Positions 53,721 through 62,598 of a stretch of DNA of 64,000 nt are shown here, piece after piece. The position numbers and the translations under genes are program-made. The stretch spans positions 10,927 through 74,926 of the IMG/VR virus record IMGVR_UViG_3300010357_001370; one strand, written 5' to 3'. The notes beneath the pieces are model-generated. The model worked only from the letters and a program-made list of their open reading frames with translations. It searched no databases and had not been told where the DNA came from. This stretch comes from a virus (taxonomy: Duplodnaviria; Caudoviricetes). The first letter of the stretch is position 1, and each line of letters begins with the position of its first letter.

Positions 53721-55984
53721 CCAATTCCATTCGACTTATCAACCATCTTGACGTAGTCGATAGCGTCGTTGATCGCCTTTACGTGATCCTTGTCTACCGT
53801 GCTGAAGTTCTGAGTGCCGACATCGACGCGGAGCGTGTTGCCATTGAGGCTGAAGTTGTTGTAGCGCTGGTTGCAGCTCGCCAGCATGTACGAGAGCATC
53901 GGGTAGTTGTGGTACACCTTAACCGTATCGATCTTCTTTTCGCTATTGCGAGTCTCGATGATCTTCTGAGACCCAAGTCCGAGTCCGAGATACTGATCGA
54001 TGCGTACCACGGTGTCGAGCACAGCCTTGGACCTATCGTACGCCTTCGTATTCGACTTGCAAGTCGTCCTCAGTTCCTTGAGAAGCTCAATACTAGCCTT
54101 CATCGGGCTTCCAGCCGCGAAGTCAGCCCTCTCGAACTCGGCCTGGTACTGCATCAGGCCATTGTAGAAGGAAAGCGTCTCTTCATCCTTACCCGACGCC
54201 ACGAAAACGTCCGAGTGCCTCTTCAGGTACATTTTGCAAACGTTCTTCACGAACATCTCGAAGGACATCCATTCCTTGTTCTTGGCAAGATTGAGCTCGT
54301 CGAAGAGCTTCCAGGGCACCACGTAGATCTTGAACTTGGCAGCCCTCGGAACGAAACCGTCACGGAACAGGTACGACATCGCCCTGCTAATTTCGTCATT
54401 CTTCTTACCGAAGAGCTTAGCGTTGCTACCGCGATAGTTCTCATTGATCGCGAACTGCTTGCGATAGTCGACGAGGTAGATCTTGACCTTGTCCGTAATC
54501 AAAGCGATATCCATCTCGTTACCGGCGACGTAGCTGCGAACCCTCCCCTTAAGAGCTTGGGTCCGCTGAACATATTCGGTCTTCGGAAGATTTTCGTACT
54601 TGACGACCGGCGGATTGCCGAGCTCGGCCAGAGCCTTGTCGCTGATCGAGGTCACGATACGGATAACCGTTTCGGACAGCTTCTGCTGCTTGCAGTAGAG
54701 CTTGATCCTCGTGCGCAGGTACTGGCTGTTGACGTCCTTGGCGCCGGCGATGACGACCAGGTAGTTGTGACCGAGCTGAGCCTCCAGCTTGCCTATCGGG
54801 TTCGAAGCGTTACTGACCCTGACGGTCTTGTCGCCACCACGACGCCCGGACTCGTAGTTGCACATGAACGCGTACGCATCGGTCGTCATCGGCTGGCCGT
54901 ACGTGTACGTCGTGCCCTTGTAGGTGAACTGGATCTTCGCGTTACGATCGCGGAGGATGGTGCTGAAGTATTCCTTAGCGGTCTTCGCAGCCTCCCAAAC
55001 CGTCGACGACCCGTTGATCTTCTCGGACGCCTGCTTTTCCAACTCCCTGTGGATGTTCACGAGAGCCTCGTGGATGTTGTCCTTGGTGAGCTGGTCGTAC
55101 GAAAGCTCCTCGCGAGAGGGATTGATGTCGCACGAACCAAGCGGCATGTCGATGATGAGCGGGTTATTGAGGTACGCGATCACGTCCTGGAACTGCTGAT
55201 CCTGAGCGAGGCTATTGATCGGATAGACGATGTTACCCATCTTCACCAGCGCGCCAGCATCGAAGCGATACTTGCGGTCGACCACGTTGGGGTACTTCTT
55301 ATAAATCTTCCAGCCCTGACCTTCGAAGGTCGAAATCGCCGAACTGTAATCCTCCGTGTATTCCGCGAAAGACTTTACAGCGCCGGTAATCTTGGGGCGG
55401 CTAGCATCGAAGGGCCACAATACCGTAGCAGCCTCGATCACGAACTCCCTGAAGTCCTTCTCAGGAACGGGGAAGGTGATCCGGACACCGGAGTGCTGAG
55501 TAGATGCCTCGGATTTGATGAGCATGTAGGTCGGCATGCCAGCCTGATCGAGGAAGGCGCTGTAGGTCGACTTGATGCCGTCCTTCACGCTGTCGATGGT
55601 GAACATGTCAGTGTAAGCGAAGGGGCTCTTGGAGCCGAGACCCAGAGCGCCGATCTGGTCGTTGCGCTCGGTCTTGGAGGACGCGAAGTAGCCGGTGTAG
55701 AGCTCCCCGATCTGCTCAGGGGTCATTCCGGTGCCGAAGTCCTCGACCGCGAAGTACGGCTCGATCTGCGTGGGAAGGTGAACGACGAAAGGATCGCTGT
55801 TGCCAGCGTCGACGTGGCTGTCCAGCGCGTTGCAGGAGAGCTCACGGATGATAGCCGCGATCTTGTACTTGTACATGTTGCTGGAGAGAACCTTGAAAGC
55901 CTTAGCCGAAGCATGGATCGTGAAGGTCCTAGCCTGGGTCTGAAGGTTAGTAGTTAGCTGATTATTTTCGCTGTGGAGCTGCAT
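53717..55984 (-). CDS. rIIA: rIIA-like protein (N-terminal GHKL ATPase)
   Basis: AFKVLSSNMY, IRELSCNALDSH, DFGTGM and GALGLGSKSPFAYTD; directly upstream of rIIB. Confidence 0.9.
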   Translation of the reverse strand: MQLHSENNQLTTNLQTQARTFTIHASAKAFKVLSSNMYKYKIAAIIRELSCNALDSHVDAGNSDPFVVHLPTQIEPYFAVEDFGTGMTPEQIGELYTGYFASSKTERNDQIGALGLGSKSPFAYTDMFTIDSVKDGIKSTYSAFLDQAGMPTYMLIKSEASTQHSGVRITFPVPEKDFREFVIEAATVLWPFDASRPKITGAVKSFAEYTEDYSSAISTFEGQGWKIYKKYPNVVDRKYRFDAGALVKMGNIVYPINSLAQDQQFQDVIAYLNNPLIIDMPLGSCDINPSREELSYDQLTKDNIHEALVNIHRELEKQASEKINGSSTVWEAAKTAKEYFSTILRDRNAKIQFTYKGTTYTYGQPMTTDAYAFMCNYESGRRGGDKTVRVSNASNPIGKLEAQLGHNYLVVIAGAKDVNSQYLRTRIKLYCKQQKLSETVIRIVTSISDKALAELGNPPVVKYENLPKTEYVQRTQALKGRVRSYVAGNEMDIALITDKVKIYLVDYRKQFAINENYRGSNAKLFGKKNDEISRAMSYLFRDGFVPRAAKFKIYVVPWKLFDELNLAKNKEWMSFEMFVKNVCKMYLKRHSDVFVASGKDEETLSFYNGLMQYQAEFERADFAAGSPMKASIELLKELRTTCKSNTKAYDRSKAVLDTVVRIDQYLGLGLGSQKIIETRNSEKKIDTVKVYHNYPMLSYMLASCNQRYNNFSLNGNTLRVDVGTQNFSTVDKDHVKAINDAIDYVKMVDKSNGIG

Positions 55985-56022
55985 TTGACTCTCCTTCCTA
56001 ATGTCCTGCTATCGTTACGTAT

Positions 56023-56052
56023 ATCATATCTAGCGAACAAGGGAAGAGTCAA
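56023..56052 (-). promoter_or_regulatory. Sigma70-like promoter TTGACT-N18-TATGAT upstream of rIIA
   Basis: Direct reading. Confidence 0.75.
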
Positions 56053-56077
56053 ATAAGAAGGAAGAAATTGTTTTGAG

Positions 56078-56128
56078 CTAATTCCTTATAGAGCGTAGAA
56101 TTAGAATTTCCTTGCTCTACAAGAAATT
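56078..56128. repeat. Pair of imperfect palindromes related to the 26313-26365 element
   Basis: CTAATTCCTTATAGAGCGTAGAATTAG and (reverse) AATTTCTTGTAGAGCAAGGAAATT. Confidence 0.6.
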
Positions 56129-56621
56129 ATAAGGTCATGTATTGCTTGGAGGCTTCCGTGATCCTCTTTAGAGCGTCCAGGAAGTCCCGCACGTACGCGA
56201 GGTTCTGAAGGTCGAGGTAGTTGTTATCGAGGGAGTTGCAGTGGAAGAGGCTGAGACCCTTCTTGATGTAGAAGTGATCGCGAAGCAGAAGGTCAAGCTT
56301 CTTCCTCTCACCGAATAGAGATGTTTCCTTGACCTGCCGGTATAGTGAGAATTCGAATACTTTGACCTTGGACTTCTCGGTGTCGTAGTACAGACCATCG
56401 TCGCTCAAGGAAGGCTTGCAGCGACGGATTCGGACGGTATATCCACCGACAGAGAAGTCATCGACATCTCCGACGGAAACTCGACCGTGAAGAGCTGAGG
56501 AATATAGAGAGGATGCGGTAATAACATATTCGATGAACTTCTGGGTCTCGTCGTAGAAGTCACTTATAGCTTTAGCGGTCTTGTGAGCGTTGTCGACGAG
56601 AGGAGTATCGGTGTCAGACAT
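56127..56621 (-). CDS. Hypothetical protein
   Basis: 164 aa, RBS AAGGAG. Confidence 0.55.
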   Translation of the reverse strand: MSDTDTPLVDNAHKTAKAISDFYDETQKFIEYVITASSLYSSALHGRVSVGDVDDFSVGGYTVRIRRCKPSLSDDGLYYDTEKSKVKVFEFSLYRQVKETSLFGERKKLDLLLRDHFYIKKGLSLFHCNSLDNNYLDLQNLAYVRDFLDALKRITEASKQYMTL

Positions 56622-57037
56622 ATATCGGTGCTCCTTTGTACCGATATTATCGAAACGCCTCTCAGGAAGTCACAACTCCGGAATAGTTTCAAGAACGAGA
56701 TGCACATGTATATCGGGGAAGCTAATATAAGAGATTCAGAGTAATGATCCATATAGTAGTTACAAGCGTACTCAAAATCACGTGAAACACAGCGGATCTC
56801 TCGGGATGGTGGGATGTTATATCGAAGGTGTAGTGCTGCCTTGTAGGTCTCGGTTAAGTGCTCTCCGTAAGAGTCATCGTATAACACTCCGGTTTTCCAC
56901 AAGTTGTCACTAGCAAATGCATTTAGTAGATAGTACGGAGTTCCAAATGGATAGTCTGTTTCAAGTTCAGCAGAGAGATTCAAATTAGCTAGATCCGATA
57001 GTAGACGTGGTCGATTTTCGAAACAGGCAATCTGCAA
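56564..57037 (-). CDS. Hypothetical protein
   Basis: 157-aa ORF overlapping the next gene by 58 bp. Confidence 0.4.
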   Translation of the reverse strand: MQIACFENRPRLLSDLANLNLSAELETDYPFGTPYYLLNAFASDNLWKTGVLYDDSYGEHLTETYKAALHLRYNIPPSREIRCVSRDFEYACNYYMDHYSESLILASPIYMCISFLKLFRSCDFLRGVSIISVQRSTDICLTPILLSSTTLTRPLKL

Positions 57038-57182
57038 TCACCTCTAGGATTGCAGTTTCAAGATCCTTTTGATCATCTGGAGTTATTTGATAGGTTTCAT
57101 ATAGTCTATAACATGAAACCCAACATAAATCATTTTACTGTCTTTATGTTGGGTTTGGTAGATGAGGTAGTACATACTAATA

Positions 57183-58148
57183 TTAGTATACTTTTGGTTT
57201 TTGAAAATATTCCAACATGGTAGATACCAGATAGGTATTCAGGTATTCTCTATCTGGTTCTTCAGGAAGAGTTGTAGCTGCATACGCAGTATCTACTCGT
57301 ACCCGAAGAGACTCAACCAACTTCATAAGCTCATCAAGCTTCATTCCTCCGAGCTTGACTTTCATGATTGTATCTCGAGTCTTTCCCATAAAAGGAAAAG
57401 AAATACGACCAGTTTCGAGAAGTTCCTCTGCTTCAAAATACAGCCGCACTAAGTGACTAGCAAACTTAGTATCGTATCCGAGAGACTCAAACGTGTCGGT
57501 CTTTACTCTCCATCCGTACGTGTCTCGCTCTTCCTTCATCTTCTCGTAGATAACCTTCATCGGAAGACCTACATGGAAGGACTCATCGTGCTGCTTTGCA
57601 CCGCGGTAGTGGCGAAGAGACCTGTTGAGAAGATCAGCAAGATCAGCGCTCATCGCTGCCTTCGGATCTGCGATCTCTTTAGCAAACGACTTCTCAAGGA
57701 AGTTAGTAGTGTTGACGAGCTCCGTAAATCGAGCCCTCTTCTCAGTGAGCTTATGCTCCTGGCTCTTTGCATAGCCTCCGAACGACTTATACGAACGCTT
57801 GCAAACGACACGCTCAGGGTGCTCAAGAAGCGGCATCATGACCGGGTCGCAAACAACCATCACGTCGGTAGGCGTGAAGAGCGTCTCAAGGATATTCGGG
57901 TTGTTAGCAAGCAAGAGCTGGAGATATGACTGAAGCGTGTAGCGAGCATCGTCAACGTCATCAGCCGTGTTCCGGCGACCAGCCCCAGACGATTTGGTCG
58001 AAGCGTCTACGATATCTACGGCTTTGAGACCGAGAACGTCCTCGGGGGTTGGAAGAAAGACCTCCATGTAGTCTACATCCGATTTCGGCGTAGCAAGTCC
58101 ATACATGTGAGATCCGTTGCGAAAGCGGTAGACTGTTTTGCGGTCCAT
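57183..58148 (-). CDS. Polymerase-beta-superfamily nucleotidyltransferase (RlaP/Nuc-transf type)
   Basis: GSHMYGLATPKSDVDY, NPNILETLF and YDTKFASHLVRL; ATG 58148 has RBS GGAGG. Confidence 0.85.
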   Translation of the reverse strand: MDRKTVYRFRNGSHMYGLATPKSDVDYMEVFLPTPEDVLGLKAVDIVDASTKSSGAGRRNTADDVDDARYTLQSYLQLLLANNPNILETLFTPTDVMVVCDPVMMPLLEHPERVVCKRSYKSFGGYAKSQEHKLTEKRARFTELVNTTNFLEKSFAKEIADPKAAMSADLADLLNRSLRHYRGAKQHDESFHVGLPMKVIYEKMKEERDTYGWRVKTDTFESLGYDTKFASHLVRLYFEAEELLETGRISFPFMGKTRDTIMKVKLGGMKLDELMKLVESLRVRVDTAYAATTLPEEPDREYLNTYLVSTMLEYFQKPKVY

Positions 58149-58343
58149 AAGGACCTCCTTATTTAAGTGCATCCCACGGAGGCGGGAGGTATGGTGGAGT
58201 AAGTACTTTCTCTCCCTTTGCGTATGGCTTTGACAGTTCTTCAAGCCAGGCACAGTAGGCAAAATAATCCTTTTTGGGAAGAAGCATATAGCAATAGTCG
58301 GTAGAGACTAGTTTCACTTCTGCAAATAGTATCTGATTGCCTC

Positions 58344-58595
58344 TTACATTGTAGAAGGAAAAGCTTGGTTGTTGTTGAGCTCTACTCGTTTGAGGCAGCT
58401 TGCCGGATTGCCAGAGAGACCGAGTTCTTTGAATGTGGCGGTGTAGGCATGAGCGAGGTGATTTAGCTCTTGCCAGTTTCGAAGGAAGACCTTATCAAGG
58501 TACCCACGGGGATATGCTTTGAACCATGCTTGATGAGCATTCTGGGTACAATGCAGCGCCCCGAGGGCCTTATTGATTACAGTCCTCTGCGACAT
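58344..58595 (-). CDS. Hypothetical protein
   Basis: MSQRTVINK..., ATG overlaps the RNA ligase stop. Confidence 0.5.
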   Translation of the reverse strand: MSQRTVINKALGALHCTQNAHQAWFKAYPRGYLDKVFLRNWQELNHLAHAYTATFKELGLSGNPASCLKRVELNNNQAFPSTM

Positions 58596-59716
58596 CAGAG
58601 CAGATCCTCGTACGAGATGTCCTTGATCAAAGCCTCCACGTTCTTGCCATCCCACGCGGCAAACATATACTTGCGAAGCTTTACATCCTCTGCGAGAACC
58701 TTCATAGCGAAGTCCTTCTTCGTGGGAAGGATCTTCTTCCACTCATCGGTAGCTGCCATCGCCGCAGCGATTGTAGCCAGCGTGTGGTTGTACTTATCTC
58801 GGACACGGTCGAAATACTCCTTGTACTCCGGGAAGTACGAGATGAACTCGTCTTGCTCGTTCGTCTTGATCAGCTCAAGCACACGCTTAGGGTTGACGTT
58901 ACCGTTATCCTTCAGGTGGTGAGCCTGCAGGTACGCCTTCGACTTGACCTTAACACGGTGCCAGTCCTTATCGACTACAACGTAGCCCTCCTGCGAGAAC
59001 GGCAGGGCAGCAGCGTTAGCAACCGCCTCGTCGAACGTTCCGAACGAGTACTCTTTCGGCTTCTTGATACCGAGATCGATAGTCTCCTCCAACCCGGTGA
59101 TCAGGTTACGAGAACCGAGATGCGTGATGGTAGTATCACTGTACGGAACGACGATACGGTTCCAAGGAGAGGTGAGCTCGAAAATGTACGTGTAGTCCTG
59201 ATCAAGCTTATCGAGAAGATTACTGTAGCTGCCGCAGGTATTTGCCGCGGCTACTTTGAACAGCTCACCAAACGATTTGAACTCCTCGGTAGGAAGCTGG
59301 AGGTCGGTCTCAAAAGCATCTATCATACCATTGGTAGATACGTGCCAGAGATCGTCATCATGCCATAGCTTGATGATTGAACCATCAACCTTCTCCTGCA
59401 CTTTTGCAGAAGCCCAGTCGATCTTATCTGCGTATCCCTCGCCATAGTTACCGAATTTGTTAAAAGGCCAGCAGACAATCTCGACCTCGGTAGCTATCCC
59501 TCCGTTGACAAGAACACGCTCGCTCTCTATTTCGGTGATCTTGAGAATGATGCCGCGGGATACGCGAACAACCTCATTGTAGAAGTCAGAGTCGATCTGT
59601 GAATAAGAGAAGATGGTATAGGGACCTTTCTCCTTAATTGTTAAGCAGAAGGGCTTCTCGGTAAGCTCAGTACGCCACGCTGGGTGAGCTTTAATATAGT
59701 TAACTAGTGCGTTCAT
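58595..59716 (-). CDS. RNA ligase, T4 RnlA-like
   Basis: IFSY, SRGIIL, PFNKFGNYGE, EKVDGSII, FELTSPWNRIVV, EGYVV and VKVKSKAYL. Confidence 0.88.
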   Translation of the reverse strand: MNALVNYIKAHPAWRTELTEKPFCLTIKEKGPYTIFSYSQIDSDFYNEVVRVSRGIILKITEIESERVLVNGGIATEVEIVCWPFNKFGNYGEGYADKIDWASAKVQEKVDGSIIKLWHDDDLWHVSTNGMIDAFETDLQLPTEEFKSFGELFKVAAANTCGSYSNLLDKLDQDYTYIFELTSPWNRIVVPYSDTTITHLGSRNLITGLEETIDLGIKKPKEYSFGTFDEAVANAAALPFSQEGYVVVDKDWHRVKVKSKAYLQAHHLKDNGNVNPKRVLELIKTNEQDEFISYFPEYKEYFDRVRDKYNHTLATIAAAMAATDEWKKILPTKKDFAMKVLAEDVKLRKYMFAAWDGKNVEALIKDISYEDLL

Positions 59717-60015
59717 ATTACTCCTCGATTTCGTTCACGAATTCTTTCTTGAGAGCTTCGACAATAGCTTCGCGCTCGGCGCGGGCGGTGCCATCGCAGA
59801 CAGAGCACGATATTGCCGGTGAACATCAGGCTGTTGCAGCCGTTGTCACGAGCGAAGGCGAGTCTGTCGTGGTAGTCGCGCTTGTAGAGGTCGCGGAAGC
59901 GAAGGTTCTTCTCTATCTGATTGCTGTACGTCTCTTCGTGCATCTGCGCAACGCAGAACTTGCACTTGTTGGGGCATCCAGCGGGAACGGCTATCGAAAG
60001 GGACTGTATGACCAT
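59713..60015 (-). pseudogene. Truncated radical SAM gene joined out of frame to another gene's 3' end
   Basis: CPNKCKFC followed by only about 45 aa up to LMFTG, then non-family sequence; another frame reads CSVCDGTARAEREAIVEALKKEFVNEIEE* ending at 59718. Confidence 0.7.
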
Positions 60016-60051
60016 TTATGGTCTCCTCTTCTATGTGTCTTTCTTGCATAG

Positions 60052-60081
60052 ATTATATCAAGCTAACACTGAAAAAGTCAA
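60052..60081 (-). promoter_or_regulatory. Sigma70-like promoter TTGACT-N18-TATAAT
   Basis: Direct reading. Confidence 0.75.
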
Positions 60082-60110
60082 AAAAAGAAGGCCCTAATTA
60101 GGGCCTTCTC
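60081..60110 (-). terminator. Intrinsic terminator
   Basis: 10-bp stem AGAAGGCCCT/AGGGCCTTCT with a T tract on the minus strand. Confidence 0.75.
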
Positions 60111-60128
60111 TAGTAAGGAATTAAAGAG

Positions 60129-60956
60129 TTACTGAGGAGTAAGAACGATAATTCCTTCTGGAACAACGATTTGTAACTGATTTGAACCATCTACGGCGAA
60201 CTGCATTCCAACCGTCTGCACGCCGCCATGGGCAATTGCATAGTCTAGAGCAGTCTGGTCATACGCCCCTGTAGTGTCGGCACCGTCAGCCGGAATAGAG
60301 TAGAGATATAGCTGACCATCGATTGCGATCCAAGAGAACTTAAGACCACTCGTCGGCCCCTGAGCAGCTACGTAGTAACCAGCGTTAAGCTGTCCGTTAA
60401 ACTTCTCGGGGTGGAGAGCTGACTCTGCAGCTTTGGCAACGAAGGTAAATACGTTACCAAGGAAACTAGAATACTTCGCATCTGGAATCGAGGAAACAAT
60501 CCAGTTCGTAGAGTTAGAACCATTAAGTCCTGCAAGGTTAATAGTATCCGTTGTTACTGTTGCGGTAGCGGTGCTGACACCGTCGTTAGCTATAACAACA
60601 AACGTAGCAGGAGCCGATCCAACAGGAGTGACGATTCCGGAATGGGTATTAAGAGTAGCGACAGTACCTTCAGAAACATCGTCGATTGTAGGTGCTGGAA
60701 GGTCTACTACACGTTCGTCATCTGAGCTGAATTGAGCTCCAGCATCGGCTGTAAATGCACGAGCAACAGAGAAGCGAGCTGCCTTCGCTGAAGCATTCCC
60801 GCCACTAGTTTCTAGCTGAATTCCGTATGGAGTCTTTTTAACCTGGATAGAGAAGGCTCCGGGAGTAACTGGATCCACGGGCTTCTTTTTCTTAAAAAGA
60901 ACCAATGCTAGAACACCTAGCACGATGACCCCTAGAATAATCAAAAACACTAGCAT
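60129..60956 (-). CDS. Membrane-anchored hypothetical protein with a beta-rich body
   Basis: N-terminal hydrophobic helix followed by KKKK; RBS GGAGG; ACTAACTA upstream at 60981-60988. Confidence 0.6.
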   Translation of the reverse strand: MLVFLIILGVIVLGVLALVLFKKKKPVDPVTPGAFSIQVKKTPYGIQLETSGGNASAKAARFSVARAFTADAGAQFSSDDERVVDLPAPTIDDVSEGTVATLNTHSGIVTPVGSAPATFVVIANDGVSTATATVTTDTINLAGLNGSNSTNWIVSSIPDAKYSSFLGNVFTFVAKAAESALHPEKFNGQLNAGYYVAAQGPTSGLKFSWIAIDGQLYLYSIPADGADTTGAYDQTALDYAIAHGGVQTVGMQFAVDGSNQLQIVVPEGIIVLTPQ

Positions 60957-61015
60957 TAGATATACCTCCTAAGCTTATCTTAGTTAGTATACAATGCTAG
61001 TGTTCTTAGTTGAAC

Positions 61016-61564
61016 TTATCCGATTAAGACTTCGCCGAGAGGGGTCAAGCGAATGATCGATCGGCAGCTACTACAGCGGTATCGCCCTTCTTTAGCTGCT
61101 TTAAGTGTCCTTCGACAGAAGGGGCAGGAGAATACCTTTGGAAAAATCGGGGTTTCATCGACAAATTCCGCCTCCTCTTTAGGTAAGAAGTGGCTGATAG
61201 CTTCGTCCATATTTGCAGGGATTGTAAAGAACTGGTTAAACCCGAGGAGCTGAAAAACCTCGAATACCTTCTGTTGGATATGAAGAAGAACGAGGTCTCC
61301 TTTCTTATCCTTCGCGGACTTTAGCAAGAAGGTAAATGCACCGATACCGGTCGAGGATACGTAATTCAATCCTCCAAGATCGAAGATGATATTGGGGAAG
61401 CCGAAACTTATGCATAGCTCGCATTGTCGTTGAAAATACGTAGAATTCGATGTATCGATCTGCCCGACAGCTCTAATAAGGCAGCAGTTTGGGACTGCAT
61501 CCACCTTAGAAAGAACGAGACGTACATGCTCATTTCTCTCTTCACCAAATCCAGGAACTATCAT
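61016..61564 (-). CDS. STAS anti-sigma-factor antagonist with a C-terminal Zn ribbon
   Basis: GQIDTSNS, FDLGGLNYVSSTGIGAF, KVFEVFQLLGF and FPKVFSCPFC...GRYRCSSC. Confidence 0.88.
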   Translation of the reverse strand: MIVPGFGEERNEHVRLVLSKVDAVPNCCLIRAVGQIDTSNSTYFQRQCELCISFGFPNIIFDLGGLNYVSSTGIGAFTFLLKSAKDKKGDLVLLHIQQKVFEVFQLLGFNQFFTIPANMDEAISHFLPKEEAEFVDETPIFPKVFSCPFCRRTLKAAKEGRYRCSSCRSIIRLTPLGEVLIG

Positions 61565-61601
61565 AGAACCTCCTATATTTTTAACTTTATGTTATTATCA
61601 G

Positions 61602-61781
61602 TTAGTCTCCGCCGTGGCTATAAACCGGAACGATTTCTTCTTCCTCCCACCAACGTTTTACGAAAGGGCTATCGAAGTACACTAACGGGCCGCCCCCCGA
61701 GTCAACTACGTAAGCTGGCTTAGTAACGACTTCTCCGTTTATGTGCTCGTACTTATAGACTTTTTGTTTCTCTTTACCCAT
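61602..61781 (-). CDS. Small hypothetical protein (59 aa, not in the ORF track)
   Basis: MGKEKQKVYKYEHINGEVVTKP...YFDSPFVKRWW...HGGD*. Confidence 0.5.
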   Translation of the reverse strand: MGKEKQKVYKYEHINGEVVTKPAYVVDSGGGPLVYFDSPFVKRWWEEEEIVPVYSHGGD

Positions 61782-61872
61782 CGACTACCGCATCCTCTTC
61801 TGCAGGGAAGAAGTCGTATACGCCTTGTACTTGTCATCTACCATTGGGATACTCCTTTACCTTAGCTTTGTT

Positions 61873-62163
61873 TTACTTATTGCCACGATGTGCAGCAATA
61901 AGAGAGCACATTTCAATAAACTTTTCTTCGGAGTAGACATTTTTCATTATGTTCACCATTTGATGTACGATACGAATGTTTTCCTTGGTGTAATCCTTAG
62001 AACTATCTATTCTATCAATAGAGGCTGTTCGAGTGCTATTATCAGATACTCTATTGCAGTCTCCATCTTTTTCAAAGGAAATTGGTAAGCCTGTATACCA
62101 ACACTTCTTATCTTGTGAAATGTAAACATCCCATACATCCTTTAGAGTGATGCTTACCTTTAT
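61873..62163 (-). pseudogene. HNH-like endonuclease fragment abutting the IS left end
   Basis: CWYTG...SIDRIDSSKDYTKENIRIVHQMVNIMKN; the tracked TTG start at 62217 lies inside the IS terminal sequence. Confidence 0.6.
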
Positions 62164-62217
62164 TACTCTTTTTTGCGAGAAAACCTCGAAATCTTCAGTT
62201 TCGAGGATGAATCGCAA

Positions 62218-62598
62218 TCAACCCTGAGATTCAATATATCGTCTAATCGTTTCATCCGAAGCTTCTCCTATTGAACAAGCAAAGAATCCATCTGACCAAA
62301 AAGTTCTTTCATTCCAGAACTGCTTCTTTAGGAAACCTTCGTGATCTTCCCAAAGTTGATGTGTTGTTTCCCTTTTCAGACATTTCACAATCTGAGTCAC
62401 AGATACCTTAGGTTCGTATTCAATCAGAAAATGAATATGATCAGTATCAACTTCCATTGTGAGTATCTCAAAGTCTCTTGGCTGAGAAATCCTGTGACAG
62501 AGAATCTTAACTTCTTCTCCAAGACTTTTAAGTAGAGGTTTTCGATACTTACAACAGAAGATGAGGTGAACTTTTAGTGAAGTCTTATGCATAAACAA
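62218..62598 (-). CDS. tnpA: IS200-type Y1 (HUH) transposase
   Basis: HLIFCCKYRK, DTDHIHFL, LKRET, FWSDGFF and IRRYIESQ. Confidence 0.93.
   Translation of the reverse strand: MFMHKTSLKVHLIFCCKYRKPLLKSLGEEVKILCHRISQPRDFEILTMEVDTDHIHFLIEYEPKVSVTQIVKCLKRETTHQLWEDHEGFLKKQFWNERTFWSDGFFACSIGEASDETIRRYIESQG

Noticed and set aside
53783-55957. 724-aa plus-strand ORF
   Set aside because: Antisense shadow of rIIA. Codon bias removes TTA/CTA/TCA and therefore antisense stops; no motifs or RBS.
58784-59368. 194-aa plus-strand ORF, and similar ORFs at 36-1451, 52068-53678 and 57453-57929
   Set aside because: Antisense or out-of-frame shadows of the capsid, rII, nucleotidyltransferase and ligase genes.
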